A stretch of DNA of 64,000 bases, taken from assembly GCA_963824385.1 (NCBI GenBank), contig CAWGPD010000003.1:224001-288000 (forward strand), in the 5' to 3' direction. The translations under genes were made by a program, and so were the position numbers. This DNA comes from an uncultured Nitrososphaerota archaeon. Lineage in GTDB: Archaea; Thermoproteota; Nitrososphaeria; Nitrososphaerales; Nitrosopumilaceae. Of this stretch, positions 50,866 to 61,457 are shown one piece after another (position 1 is the stretch's first letter; each line of letters starts with the position of its first letter). A model generated the notes under the pieces. It was not told where the DNA came from. It was given only the letters and a program-made list of their open reading frames with translations, and made no database searches.

Positions 50866-51285
50866 TTATGTGACTGTACGCAATATGATTACAGTATTTG
50901 TATCAAATACCCCAGGAACCTTTCGTAATTCATCTATGCATACGTTGATGTCTGTAATTGTCGGTGCTCTAATTATAGTAGCAATGTCATACTGACCTGT
51001 TATCTCAAACACTGTGTGCACTCCATGTAGTTTAGAAAGTTTTGCAGATACTTTGGATGTATCAGTTGATGAATCCACTGAGATTAAAATTATTGCACTA
51101 GTTGAATTTGCATCGCCTGTCTCGATTGTAAATTTCTTGATAGTTCCACCATCTGTTAAATTTTTAACTCTTCTTCTTACTGCAGACTCTGATAGTCCTA
51201 ATTTTTCACCAATTTCTACAAAGGACTGTCTAGAGTCTTTTTTTAGCATCTCAATTATTGTTTCATCTGTCTTGTCTCTAGACAT
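50866..51285 (-). CDS. lysM: Lrp-family regulator LysM
   Basis: LGLSESAVRRRVKNL HTH and EITGQYD; embedded in the lys cluster. Confidence 0.9.
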   Translation of the reverse strand: MSRDKTDETIIEMLKKDSRQSFVEIGEKLGLSESAVRRRVKNLTDGGTIKKFTIETGDANSTSAIILISVDSSTDTSKVSAKLSKLHGVHTVFEITGQYDIATIIRAPTITDINVCIDELRKVPGVFDTNTVIILRTVT

Positions 51286-52454
51286 TTCTTCTCTGTTCCT
51301 CTTTTGTTATTATCATATCTAAAGTTTCTAAAGCCTTGTTTATGTCAGATTCTGATATCACTAGAGGTGGCAATAGTCTTAGAATATTTTTACCAGAATA
51401 AAGCAATAGCAGATTATTTGCAATTCCATCAAACAGTATGTCCTTTACTTCAAACTTCATCTCAACACCAATCATCAAACCCTTACCTCTTACCTCTCGA
51501 ATTATCTTGTGTTTTTCCTTCAGTCTTTCTAGCCCATCTCTGAATATCTTTCCATTTCTTGCTGCATTCTCAACTAGCTTGTCTTCAGTTAGTGCATCAA
51601 TTGCACCAATTCCAGCTGCACATGATAATGGGTTACCTCCAAATGTTGATGATTGCTCTCCTTTGCTAATTGTAGCCAAGATGTCTGGTCTTACCAGAGT
51701 TGCACCCATTGGAACACCACCTGCAATTCCTTTTGCAAGGCACATGATATCTGGAACAGTATTCCAGTGTTCACTTGCCCACATCTTTCCAGTTCTTCCA
51801 AGGCCTGCCTGAATTTCATCAAATACTAGAACAATTCCTTTTTCGTCACATAATTTTCTGACTTCTTGCAAAAATCCATCTGGTGCTACAATGATTCCAC
51901 TTTCACCTTGGATTGGCTCCAAGATCACCATTGCAGTATCTGCATCCACTGTATTTCGTAACGCTTCGATATCACCATAGGATGAAAATTGCACAGTATC
52001 AACAAGTGGCTCAAAGGCCTTACGATATTTTTGATTAAATGTAACTGATAGTGCACCTAGTGATTTTCCATGATATGATCCGTTCATTGCAACCATTTTC
52101 TTCTTTCCTGTGAACTTGCGTGCAAACTTGATTGCAGCTTCTACTGCTTCTGCTCCGCTGTTGTTTAGATATACTTGACTAAGACTCTTTGGAGAAATCT
52201 TTATCAGTTTTTCAAGAAACTCTTCTCTAGTTTTATTGTATAATGAGCTGATGTACTGTAATGATTTTGTCAAGTTGAGCCTTGATTGCTTTTACTACTC
52301 TAGGGTTACAGTGGCCAACTAGTGCAACACCATATCCTCCCATGCAATCAATGTACTCTTTTCCATCTATATCCCATACATGAGCTCCTAATCCACGCTC
52401 TATTGTTACAGGAAATCTCTGGTAGATATTTCCCATGAATTGATCTTCAGTCAT
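51278..52454 (-). CDS. lysJ: [LysW]-aminoadipate semialdehyde/glutamate semialdehyde transaminase (one extra base at ~52250)
   Basis: YIDCMGGYG...GH, NSGAEA, DEIQAGLGRTG and AKGIAGG. Confidence 0.92.
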
Positions 52455-53251
52455 TTTGATATCACCGTACATTTGTCATGAGCAATTGCTGCTGATATTG
52501 GGTTTTCTTTTTTACCATTTGCAATTAATGCCTCTTTGACTCCCATCTCTAATGCCTCTGTTGCAGCAAGTATCTTTTTTTCCATTCCAAATCCAATCTT
52601 TGGCAAGATCTCCTTTGCCTCAGTTAGAGTTAATTTTTCGACCAGCTTCTCATCCATTAGTAATCCATCTACATTTGTAAGAAATAATATCTTATCTGAT
52701 TGCATCTTGCCTGCAATGTATGCAGCAGCCCTGTCTCCGTCAACATTGAGAAAATCACACTCTTCGCTAATTGCTATTGGTGATATGACTGGAACATATC
52801 CTTGGTCTAAAATTGAGCGGATCAATCCTGCATTAACATCCTGTATCTTTCCTGTATATCCACCATCTATTATCATCTTGCGACCTTTTTCATTCATGAC
52901 GATTAATTTCTTTTTTCGTTCTGCTTGGATTATCTTTCCATCTACTCCGGAAAGGCCAACTGCATTAATTCCATGTTTTTGCAACATCATGACTATCATT
53001 TTATTTATCTTTCCAGACATGACCATTGTGAATATCTCTGCAGTCTCTTTATCTGTAAACCTACTTTTGATTCCACCTGGGGATACAATGAACTTTTGTT
53101 CTTTTCCCAAAGCTTCAGAAATTTTAGTTACTTCTTTTCCTCCACCGTGTACCAAAATTAGTTTCTCTTTTTCTGAAACTTTTTTCAAGTCTGTTATGGT
53201 AGTAGGATGAAGACCATCCACTACACTTCCTCCTATCTTTATTGTAATCAT
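52451..53251 (-). CDS. lysZ: [LysW]-aminoadipate/glutamate kinase
   Basis: IKIGGS, VHGGG and NVDGDRAA. Confidence 0.92.
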   Translation of the reverse strand: MITIKIGGSVVDGLHPTTITDLKKVSEKEKLILVHGGGKEVTKISEALGKEQKFIVSPGGIKSRFTDKETAEIFTMVMSGKINKMIVMMLQKHGINAVGLSGVDGKIIQAERKKKLIVMNEKGRKMIIDGGYTGKIQDVNAGLIRSILDQGYVPVISPIAISEECDFLNVDGDRAAAYIAGKMQSDKILFLTNVDGLLMDEKLVEKLTLTEAKEILPKIGFGMEKKILAATEALEMGVKEALIANGKKENPISAAIAHDKCTVISK

Positions 53252-53254
53252 TTT

Positions 53255-54307
53255 TTACACAGGAGTTAGTGGAGTCTGGGCTATTCCTTCAGACTCGTTG
53301 AATCCTGCCATGACATTCATGTTTTGAATGGCAGAACCTGCGGCACCCTTCATAAGGTTGTCTGATGCTGATAGAACAACAACTCTGTTATTATCTTCGT
53401 CAATATCAAATCCAACATCGCAGAAGTTGGAACCTACGACAAACTTTGGATCTGGGAATTTGTAAAATCCTTTCTTATCACGGATTAGCCTTACGAATCT
53501 CTCGTTTTGATATTGTTCACGATATATCTTCCACAAATCCATCTCAGTTAATGGCTGTTTGAGAAATACATGGTTTGTACACAAAATTCCTCTTACAATA
53601 TCTACTGCATGAGGACTCATTGATACTTTTATTTTACCACCAGCTGCTTGAGATAATTCTTGTTCAATCTCTCCAGTGTGTCTGTGCTTTGCTGGTTTGT
53701 ATGGTCTGATAACACCTGACCTCATGGCATGGTGTGTTCCTGAAAGAGTTCCAGCACCTGCACCTGAAGAACCAATCTTTGAATCAACAATAATGTGTTC
53801 AGTATCGATAAGATTCTTTTTGATTAAAGGATATAATCCAAGAATTGATGTTACTGCCATACACCCAGGGCATGATACTAACTGAGATTTTTTGATCTCT
53901 TCTCTGTGTAATTCTGGAACTCCAAAGACTGACTTTTCTAGTAGTTCTGGATGTGGATGTTGCCAACCATACCATTTGTCATAATCAGCAGGATTGTGCA
54001 ATCTGTAATCTGCACTCAAATCAATTACTTTCATTCCTCTGTCGTATAGTGCTTTTACGATATCAACTGCAGTTCCATGTGGCACTGCAGTAAATACTAG
54101 ATCACACTTGTCTGTTAATTTATCATAATCAAGTTCTGAAAATGTAAGATCTGTAAATCCTTTCAAACCTGGTTGAATTCGTGATATGTATTCTCCAGCA
54201 TATTGTCGTGAAGTCACCATTGAAATTTCTACATGTGGATGACTAACAAGTAATCTGAGAATTTCTCCTCCGACATATCCTGATGCTCCAACTACACCTA
54301 CTTTCAT
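53255..54307 (-). CDS. lysY: [LysW]-aminoadipyl/glutamyl-phosphate reductase
   Basis: GASGYVG, DLSADYR, PGC, HRH..EI and DNLMKGAAG. Confidence 0.92.
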   Translation of the reverse strand: MKVGVVGASGYVGGEILRLLVSHPHVEISMVTSRQYAGEYISRIQPGLKGFTDLTFSELDYDKLTDKCDLVFTAVPHGTAVDIVKALYDRGMKVIDLSADYRLHNPADYDKWYGWQHPHPELLEKSVFGVPELHREEIKKSQLVSCPGCMAVTSILGLYPLIKKNLIDTEHIIVDSKIGSSGAGAGTLSGTHHAMRSGVIRPYKPAKHRHTGEIEQELSQAAGGKIKVSMSPHAVDIVRGILCTNHVFLKQPLTEMDLWKIYREQYQNERFVRLIRDKKGFYKFPDPKFVVGSNFCDVGFDIDEDNNRVVVLSASDNLMKGAAGSAIQNMNVMAGFNESEGIAQTPLTPV

Positions 54308-54369
54308 TGATACTCTCCTACCATAACATAGTATAATTTAAACTCTAAAATTTTTTTCAACTGTTGCGA

Positions 54370-55227
54370 TTATCGCTTGGCATATTTTATTGCATAGTCG
54401 ATCATTTCTTTTGGGATATTTTTCTTGGCAACTTTTGCCATTCCTTTGAATTCTACTGTATTATTTACTTCATGAACTACAAATCCTCGTTTTTCGTCTT
54501 CCATGACATCAATACCTAAAATTCCTCCTCCTACAGCCTTTGATGCCTTCATACAAATGTCCTCCAACTCCTTTGTAATCTCACATGCAATTGGTTCTGC
54601 TCCTAGAGCAATGTTTGTCTTAAAACTCCCAGTAGAGGTTCTATACATTGCAGCAATCAACTGGTCACCTACAGATATGGCACGGATGTCTCTTGGCGGG
54701 CGACTTACCATCTCTTGCAAGTAGTAAATTCTGTCTAATGGCCCATCGTTTAGTTCTCGAACTTCGATAATTGCATCTGCAGTCTCTCTATCTCTTAAAG
54801 GCACTACGCCTCTTCCCCAGCTACCTATGATTGGTTTTATCACTAGTGGGTATCCTTCCTTATCTAATGTCTCTACTGCTGCCTCTGATGAGAATGAAAA
54901 GTATGTTTTAGGAGTTGGTACATTGTGTTTCTTTAAGAGAAGTGAAGTAATCATCTTATTTCCACAATTGTTTGCAACCTCTGTTCTGTTTAATACTGGA
55001 ATATCTAAAAATTCAAGTGCTGCTGTAAAATGAAGACCACGAAAGTAACTTACACATCTTTCTAAAACGACATCTCCGAAATCGTAATCGCTTTTTTTAC
55101 TTTCGGTGGTAAATTGGGTAGTCTTTGCATCAATCATCTTCGTATCGTGTCCAAGCTCGATTGCTTTTTGCTCGAGCATCTTCTCCTCTAGTCTTACTCT
55201 ATCAAACACAATTCGAACTTTGGGCAT
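54370..55227 (-). CDS. argX: Glutamate--LysW ligase (ArgX-like LysX paralogue)
   Basis: ATP-grasp with GSWGR; EFKGM signature; adjacent to argG-lysW. Confidence 0.78.
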   Translation of the reverse strand: MPKVRIVFDRVRLEEKMLEQKAIELGHDTKMIDAKTTQFTTESKKSDYDFGDVVLERCVSYFRGLHFTAALEFLDIPVLNRTEVANNCGNKMITSLLLKKHNVPTPKTYFSFSSEAAVETLDKEGYPLVIKPIIGSWGRGVVPLRDRETADAIIEVRELNDGPLDRIYYLQEMVSRPPRDIRAISVGDQLIAAMYRTSTGSFKTNIALGAEPIACEITKELEDICMKASKAVGGGILGIDVMEDEKRGFVVHEVNNTVEFKGMAKVAKKNIPKEMIDYAIKYAKR

Positions 55228-55395
55228 TTACTCTCCCCAATCTTCGCCTACTTTTTCTGCATGTTTTAATTCACATGCGGCGCCATTTTTGGAAGCAATC
55301 TCGAAATCTGCTCCACAATCAGGACACGAGACTATCTCTCCAACACTTGCGTCGTCTGGAATTTTTATTGTTGCATCACATTCTGGACAATTCAT
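55228..55395 (-). CDS. lysW: LysW/ArgW carrier protein, canonical EDWGE terminus (absent from the ORF track)
   Basis: MNCPECDATIKIPDDASVGEIVSCPDCGADFEIASKNGAACELKHAEKVGEDWGE. Confidence 0.95.
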   Translation of the reverse strand: MNCPECDATIKIPDDASVGEIVSCPDCGADFEIASKNGAACELKHAEKVGEDWGE

Positions 55396-55406
55396 ATTTG
55401 ATCATT

Positions 55407-56594
55407 TCACCTCTTTTTTAGTAATTTATTAGCTTCTGTTGATTGTAGTCCCCATAGCTCAACGAATCCTTTTCCAAGAGTCTGGTCAAAAGTAGACCTA
55501 GCTCCATATGTTGCCAAGTCATGACTATACAACGAATATTCTGATTTTCTTCCAACAACTCTAAGACTTCCTTTGAACATTTTGAGTCTGACAGATCCGC
55601 TAACCCTCTTCTGAGTAGCATTGATAAACATATCTAAATCCGTTTTCAATGGATCTTGCCACAATCCAGAATATGCTAACCAAGCCCATTCCGCATCAAC
55701 CATTGCTTTGAATTTTAATTCGTGTTTAGTTAGAACCATTTTTTCAAGATCTGTATGTGCCTCAATTATGCATGCCGCACCTGGTGTCTCATAGACCTCT
55801 CTTGATTTTATTCCTACTACCCTGTCTTCAATATGGTCTACAATTCCTACTCCGTTTGCACCTGCTTTTTTGTTGATGTATCTGATTAATTCAATTGGCT
55901 TCATGCGTTTTCCATCTGCTGCAACAGGTACTCCATTTTGGAATTTAATTTCCAAGTACTGTGGTTTGTCTGGTAAATTCTTTGTCTTGACCCAGATGAA
56001 TGCATCATCTGGCGGTTCAGAAAATGCATCTTCCATATCACCACCTTCAATTGCTCTTCCCCACAAGTTTTGATCGATACTGAATCTCTTGGCAGCATTA
56101 TCGATTGGAATCTTGTGTTTTTGTGCATACTTTAGCTCTACATCACGTGTTAGATTCAGATCGCGTATTGGTGCAATGATGGGAAGATTAGAGCCAGAAC
56201 GATATGTGACATCAAATCTTACTTGGTCATTTCCTTTACCTGTACAACCATGAGCTAACGCAGTAGCATTTTCTTTTTTTGCAACTTCAACTACTTTTTG
56301 TGCAATTAATGGTCGTGCAAGAGCAGTTGCAAGACAGTATTTCTTTTGGTAAAGTGCATTTGCTTTAATTGATGGAAAAATGAAATTATCAACAAATTCT
56401 TGACGTGCATCAATGTTGTAATGGTTTACTACTCCTAGACTTTTTGCTTTGGCTGAAATCTTTTTGAGATTATCTTCTTGACCAACATCAACAGTAACTG
56501 TTACAACATCAAGATTATGTTTTTCTTGGAGATATTTTATGACAACCGAAGTATCAAGTCCGCCAGAGAAAGCTAGAATTGCTTTTCCTTTCAT
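55407..56594 (-). CDS. argG: Argininosuccinate synthase
   Basis: AFSGGLDTS, HGCTGKGNDQVRF and GIKSREVYE. Confidence 0.97.
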   Translation of the reverse strand: MKGKAILAFSGGLDTSVVIKYLQEKHNLDVVTVTVDVGQEDNLKKISAKAKSLGVVNHYNIDARQEFVDNFIFPSIKANALYQKKYCLATALARPLIAQKVVEVAKKENATALAHGCTGKGNDQVRFDVTYRSGSNLPIIAPIRDLNLTRDVELKYAQKHKIPIDNAAKRFSIDQNLWGRAIEGGDMEDAFSEPPDDAFIWVKTKNLPDKPQYLEIKFQNGVPVAADGKRMKPIELIRYINKKAGANGVGIVDHIEDRVVGIKSREVYETPGAACIIEAHTDLEKMVLTKHELKFKAMVDAEWAWLAYSGLWQDPLKTDLDMFINATQKRVSGSVRLKMFKGSLRVVGRKSEYSLYSHDLATYGARSTFDQTLGKGFVELWGLQSTEANKLLKKR

Positions 56595-56833
56595 CGAGGT
56601 TTTGTGTGTTCAGAATTTAGCATTTATCTTTTATGATCAGTCAATTGATCGATTTTATTTTCTGTAAAATACGAAAAATTAATTTTTAATTTATCTCATA
56701 AAGCAAATTAGTCCAAGCTAAAATTCGATCACTATTTAACCAATAAATTATAACGCTGTTATATGAAATTCATACCCTCTGCGGGCTTCGTAGTAGTTAC
56801 TATTCGTAATGTTGTAAAAGGAGACTTTGAGAA

Positions 56834-57611
56834 ATGACCAAACTTCAAGCAAAAAATATTGTAAAACACTTTGATCATAATGGAAACTCTGTGATTGCTT
56901 TAGATGGAATTACTCTAAATGTCGAGGAAGGGGACTTTGTATGTATAGTTGGACCGTCTGGATGTGGAAAATCTACTTTTCTAAATATTGTAGTCGGACT
57001 TGAAACACCAGACTCTGGAGAAATACTTCTAAATGGAAAACCAATCTCAACTCCTGGACCTGACAGAACTATGGTATTCCAAGAAGGTGCACTCTTTCCA
57101 TGGCTCAAAGTAATTGACAATATAGAATTTGGATTAAAAATAGTGGGTATTCCGCAAGATGAACGCAGAGAGATATCTCAGAGATATTTGGATATGATGC
57201 AGCTAACAAAATTTGCCGACTCGTATACATATCAGCTTTCAACTGGAATGAAACAAAGAGTTGCAATAGCAAGAGTCTCTTGCAATGGATCCAGAAATTC
57301 TTTTAATGGATGAGCCTTTTGCCGCACTTGATTCTCAAACAAGAGATTTGTTATTAGTTGAATTGCAATTAATTTGGGAAAGAACAAAAAAGACTATCAT
57401 ATTTGTAACACATAATATTTCAGAATCTGTAATACTTGGGAATAAAGTTGAGATCTTCAAAAATAGACCGTCTAAAATTAAAAAAGAAGTAATAATTGAT
57501 TATAGACGGCCAAGACTTGCAGAAGATGAAAATCTACAAAAATATTATCATCAAATTCTTGACGAACTAAAAAGTGAAGTCATTGCACAAACAAAGGATG
57601 AATTACAATGA
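56834..57611 (+). CDS. NitT/TauT-family ABC transporter ATPase (one extra base at ~57276)
   Basis: GPSGCGKST, LSTGMKQRVAIAR, then LLMDEPFAALD and VTH in the next frame. Confidence 0.92.
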
Positions 57612-58408
57612 CTAACGACATTCAATTAAAAAAATCTCATCGTAATCTTGATGATGCAGCAAATGCTGCATTGTTCATAGCTGTATTTACTGGTATTTGG
57701 CAAATTGTGTTTATGCTTGGAATATGGCCAATAATTTCTCTTCCTTCACCAGTAATGGTGGCTGAGACATTTGCTAAAATCATCTTGAATGGTTCACTGC
57801 CTCAAAGTATAGGCATAACCATCGGACGATTGCTTGTGGCTTTTACAATTTCCATTACACTTGGAACTCTGATTGGATTTGTAATGGTAAAATTCAAGGG
57901 CTTTGGAAAAACCTTAAACTCATTTTCAGCAGGTCTGCTTTCTTTTCCTAGTATTGCTTGGGTACCATTCTCAATTCTACTCATAGGCTTTAATGAATTT
58001 GGAATACTGTTTGTTGTAATAATGAGTTCAATTTTTTCTATAATGATTTCAACGTATAGCAGTATTCGAAACATACCTACAATCTATCTTGATGCTGCAA
58101 GAAATATGGGGGCAAAAGGTTTTTCATTATTTAAGCATGTTACAATTCCTGCCGCTACTCCTTCTCTGATAATTGGTCTGAGACAAGCATGGTCATTTGC
58201 TTGGCATGCTATAATTGGTGCTGAGATATTGATGTCAATTGTAGGTCTTGGACACATTCTCTCTGTTGGAAGAGAATTTTTGGATATGAGTCAGGTAATC
58301 GCAAGTATGGTTACAATTTTTGTTATTGGTTTGTTGGTTGATAGATTCTTTTTACACAAGATGGAAGAAAGAATCAGAAGAAAGTGGGGATTAGACCATC
58401 ATAGGTAA
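57608..58408 (+). CDS. NitT/TauT-family ABC permease
   Basis: LPSP, PSIAWVP, EAA-like DAARNMGA and AE..GLG. Confidence 0.92.
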   Translation: MTNDIQLKKSHRNLDDAANAALFIAVFTGIWQIVFMLGIWPIISLPSPVMVAETFAKIILNGSLPQSIGITIGRLLVAFTISITLGTLIGFVMVKFKGFGKTLNSFSAGLLSFPSIAWVPFSILLIGFNEFGILFVVIMSSIFSIMISTYSSIRNIPTIYLDAARNMGAKGFSLFKHVTIPAATPSLIIGLRQAWSFAWHAIIGAEILMSIVGLGHILSVGREFLDMSQVIASMVTIFVIGLLVDRFFLHKMEERIRRKWGLDHHR

Positions 58409-58415
58409 TGATGTA

Positions 58416-59474
58416 ATGATGAATCCAGGATTAAAGTTTGCAATTGCAGGAGGAATCATTATAGCAGTAATAATTATTTCATTGACAACACATTATGATA
58501 TTAGATCAGTAAATTCTGAGAATACTTCATCTGATGTTCTAAGGATTGGATACTTTGCCAACATAAATCACATTCAAGCCGTAATAGGAATTGGAAATGG
58601 AGACTTTCAAAACGGTCTAGGCGATGTTAAGATTCAATCACAAGTATTTGATGCAGGACCATCTGCCATTGAAGCACTCGTTGCAAATAGAATTGATGTA
58701 GCATATGTAGGACCCAATCCTGCAATCAACGGATATCTCAAAAGTGATGGTCAAGGACTACGAATAATATCTGGTGTCTCAAGTGGAGGTGCAGTTTTTG
58801 TAATTAGAAATGATTCTGGAATTAATGGCATACATGACTTTGCAGACAAAAAATTTGCCTCACCTCAACTTGGTAATACCCAAGATGTGGCACTACGAAC
58901 TTATCTGTTAAAGAATGGCTATGCGACTACGGAAAATGGAGGGAATGTAACAATAATTCCTGCAAAGATTGCTGACATAGTTACTATGATGTCAAAAAAA
59001 GACATTGATGGTGCATGGGTTCCAGAACCCTGGGGAACAATACTTGCCAAGCAAGCAAACGGCAGGATCTTTCTTGATGAGAGAGACTTGTGGCCAAATG
59101 GGGAATTTGCAACTGCATTAATAGTTGCAAGAACTGATTATCTGAACAGTCATCCTGATGTGATACAGAAGCTTCTAGAAGCTCATGTAAAAGAAACAAT
59201 TTGGATTAACAATAACAAAGATGAATCTATGAAAATTTTCAATGATCAAATTCAAAAACTAACTGGAAAAACAATTTCAAACGATGTAATTTCTAAGGCC
59301 TTGTCTAGAATGGAGATTACCTATAATCCCATGAAATCATCTATTGACAAATCTGCTAACGATGCATACAGTCTGGGTTTTCTGGGTGATGAGAAACCCG
59401 ATCTGTCTAACATATTTGATTTGACAATTCTCAATAAAGTATTACAAGAACAAAATCTTCCAACAATTCCCTAA
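58416..59474 (+). CDS. NitT/TauT (SsuA-like) substrate-binding protein
   Basis: LRIGYFANINH, GP.A.EAL, YVGPNPA, GNTQD and WVPEPW. Confidence 0.9.
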   Translation: MMNPGLKFAIAGGIIIAVIIISLTTHYDIRSVNSENTSSDVLRIGYFANINHIQAVIGIGNGDFQNGLGDVKIQSQVFDAGPSAIEALVANRIDVAYVGPNPAINGYLKSDGQGLRIISGVSSGGAVFVIRNDSGINGIHDFADKKFASPQLGNTQDVALRTYLLKNGYATTENGGNVTIIPAKIADIVTMMSKKDIDGAWVPEPWGTILAKQANGRIFLDERDLWPNGEFATALIVARTDYLNSHPDVIQKLLEAHVKETIWINNNKDESMKIFNDQIQKLTGKTISNDVISKALSRMEITYNPMKSSIDKSANDAYSLGFLGDEKPDLSNIFDLTILNKVLQEQNLPTIP

Positions 59475-60527
59475 TCTTTCTTCTTTTTCCAGATTATGAT
59501 GCTGATTGCAACAGCTACAATTGGTATTGTTACTAAAAGAATACCTCTATTATTTACTGGAGATTGTGAAATATTACTGACTGTTCCAAAGCCCGAAATT
59601 TCTACATTAGACACTGAACTTTCCGGTACATTGAAAAGCTACATGCCAACTACCATTGGAATCTTGACTTTGAAGAAATTCTATTGGATTGCCATTCACT
59701 TTTACTGCAAATTTTTCATCACTTGATTCTTGAGGAAACATGAAATTCACAAATCCTTTTTCTGGGAAGGGCTGACGCACTGTTAAACTTAGGGTTTGAC
59801 TAGAATCATCATATTTTTGATCATCCACTGCTCCAGAAGTTAGAAAACTAAAATAAAATTTACTGCCATTCCTTTCTACCCATATTGTTTGCGATGGATC
59901 ATCACCGACTACAAAACAGCTGTAATAGCTTACTTTTGAAGCAAGTTGAGGATCAGGATACATCGAAAATGCAATTTTTTGTCCAGGATCCATTTTTTCA
60001 ATTGTCTCAATGCTTTTACCAGTATCCAGAATCTTTCCGTCTTTGCCATAAATTACTGCATACACTCGTACTCCGTATGCGGGAGATGTATCATTATTTA
60101 AGATAAAACCTGAAGTGTGGCCGTCGGCGTGTTTGATTAAAGTCCTACCGTAGATTACAGCAATGTCTAAAGCATCATGACTTGACGTAACAAAACTTAC
60201 TTGGGGTTTTTCAAGAGTTGCATTATTATCTTCTATTTCTGGTATTTTGATCTTAAATGGAATATCTCTTAGCGAATTAACAATTGAAAGGGTATAGTTG
60301 TCTGCAATTTCTTTGTCTCCATCTTTGACATTAATTATAATAGAAGGAATTATTGCTACATTCTCTGTATTTTTTACCGCGCCTACAACTGTATATGTCC
60401 CATTGGAATCATAGTATCCTAGAAACTCGTTATCTGGAATCCATACGTTTGCTGAGGCTGGATGATAAGAAATTATTCCTAATCCAATCAGTACTGCAAA
60501 TATGGAAACTGTAACAAGTAACCTCAT
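59471..60527 (-). CDS. Exported protein with FxLYD-like beta domains and C-terminal TM anchor (one extra base at ~59635)
   Basis: Signal peptide and VVGAVKN motif. Removing one base extends the ORF to ...ILLVTIPIVAVAISIIIWKKKKD-stop. Confidence 0.75.
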
Positions 60528-60607
60528 GTTATAACGCTCTCTTGGATGTCAATCTTTAATTTTAAGTGAGGTATTGATTTCCATCTCTGTTGCATCTGAT
60601 ATCTAAA

Positions 60608-61363
60608 TTACTTTAATCTGTGTAAAAGATCTAGTGCGCCAGCAAAGTCATTTGGAGAGCTTATCAATACATTGCCTGCAATCTTGTCTACCTGTTTTAC
60701 AAATCCTACCAAGTCTTTATTGTATTCTGACCAGTCTAGCTTTAGCATTTGAGCCGATTTGAGATTCTTCTCCGATGATATCAACACACAAGGGATTGTT
60801 CTAAATCCCTGTGGTTTTAGCTTGTCTACCATTCTTGTAACCTGGTCTATGGAATTTATCACCTGGGTCACAAATCCTTTTGGCTGAGCCTCAATTTTTT
60901 TATGCATCTTTTCAAAATCGGGATTACTTGAAATGGACAAGTACATGTCAATTCTCTTTGCAAAACCTTGTTCATTGAATTGTTTTACAACATCACTTGG
61001 AACAAGTCCCGAATCTGTTGGACCTACCGGAGGTGAATCGCCTTTTAGGACTAGAACCCCATTCAAATTTAGTAAAATTGCATCGCATATGGTCTGCGTA
61101 ATTGAAGTGAGATTCCTATCTCTCACTCTAATACTTGCAGTTATTCTTATTTTGTTGTTTGAATTTCTTATGAAAAATCCGGCAGTGATAGGTGATACAC
61201 GAGGAATTCCAAGTACAGAATCAGTCAGATGAATTCCATCAGATACTTGACCAATCTTAACAGCTCGCTCCTTTAGTTTTTCAACCGACTCGGCTAGTTG
61301 GTCATGAGACAATATGGTATCCTGAATAACCTTTGGAGGGTTGATCTCATAGATTATGGTCAT
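60608..61363 (-). CDS. metF: Methylenetetrahydrofolate reductase-like protein
   Basis: YEINPPK, RVRDRN, L.LKGD and FVTQ; divergent from methionine synthase. Confidence 0.8.
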   Translation of the reverse strand: MTIIYEINPPKVIQDTILSHDQLAESVEKLKERAVKIGQVSDGIHLTDSVLGIPRVSPITAGFFIRNSNNKIRITASIRVRDRNLTSITQTICDAILLNLNGVLVLKGDSPPVGPTDSGLVPSDVVKQFNEQGFAKRIDMYLSISSNPDFEKMHKKIEAQPKGFVTQVINSIDQVTRMVDKLKPQGFRTIPCVLISSEKNLKSAQMLKLDWSEYNKDLVGFVKQVDKIAGNVLISSPNDFAGALDLLHRLK

Positions 61364-61457
61364 AATTGACTGTCCTGTCTACTTGATTATAACCTTTGAA
61401 GATAATCGGTATTACAACAAAACAAAACAGAATTAAATCGTTGATAACACATCTTAG

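Noticed and set aside
7837..60527. Mass pseudogenisation or programmed frameshifting as the explanation for split genes
   Set aside because: Essential genes are hit, each lesion is a single base with no other decay, there are no slippery heptamers, and all sites coincide with AGCT/GATC. Systematic sequencing error is more parsimonious.
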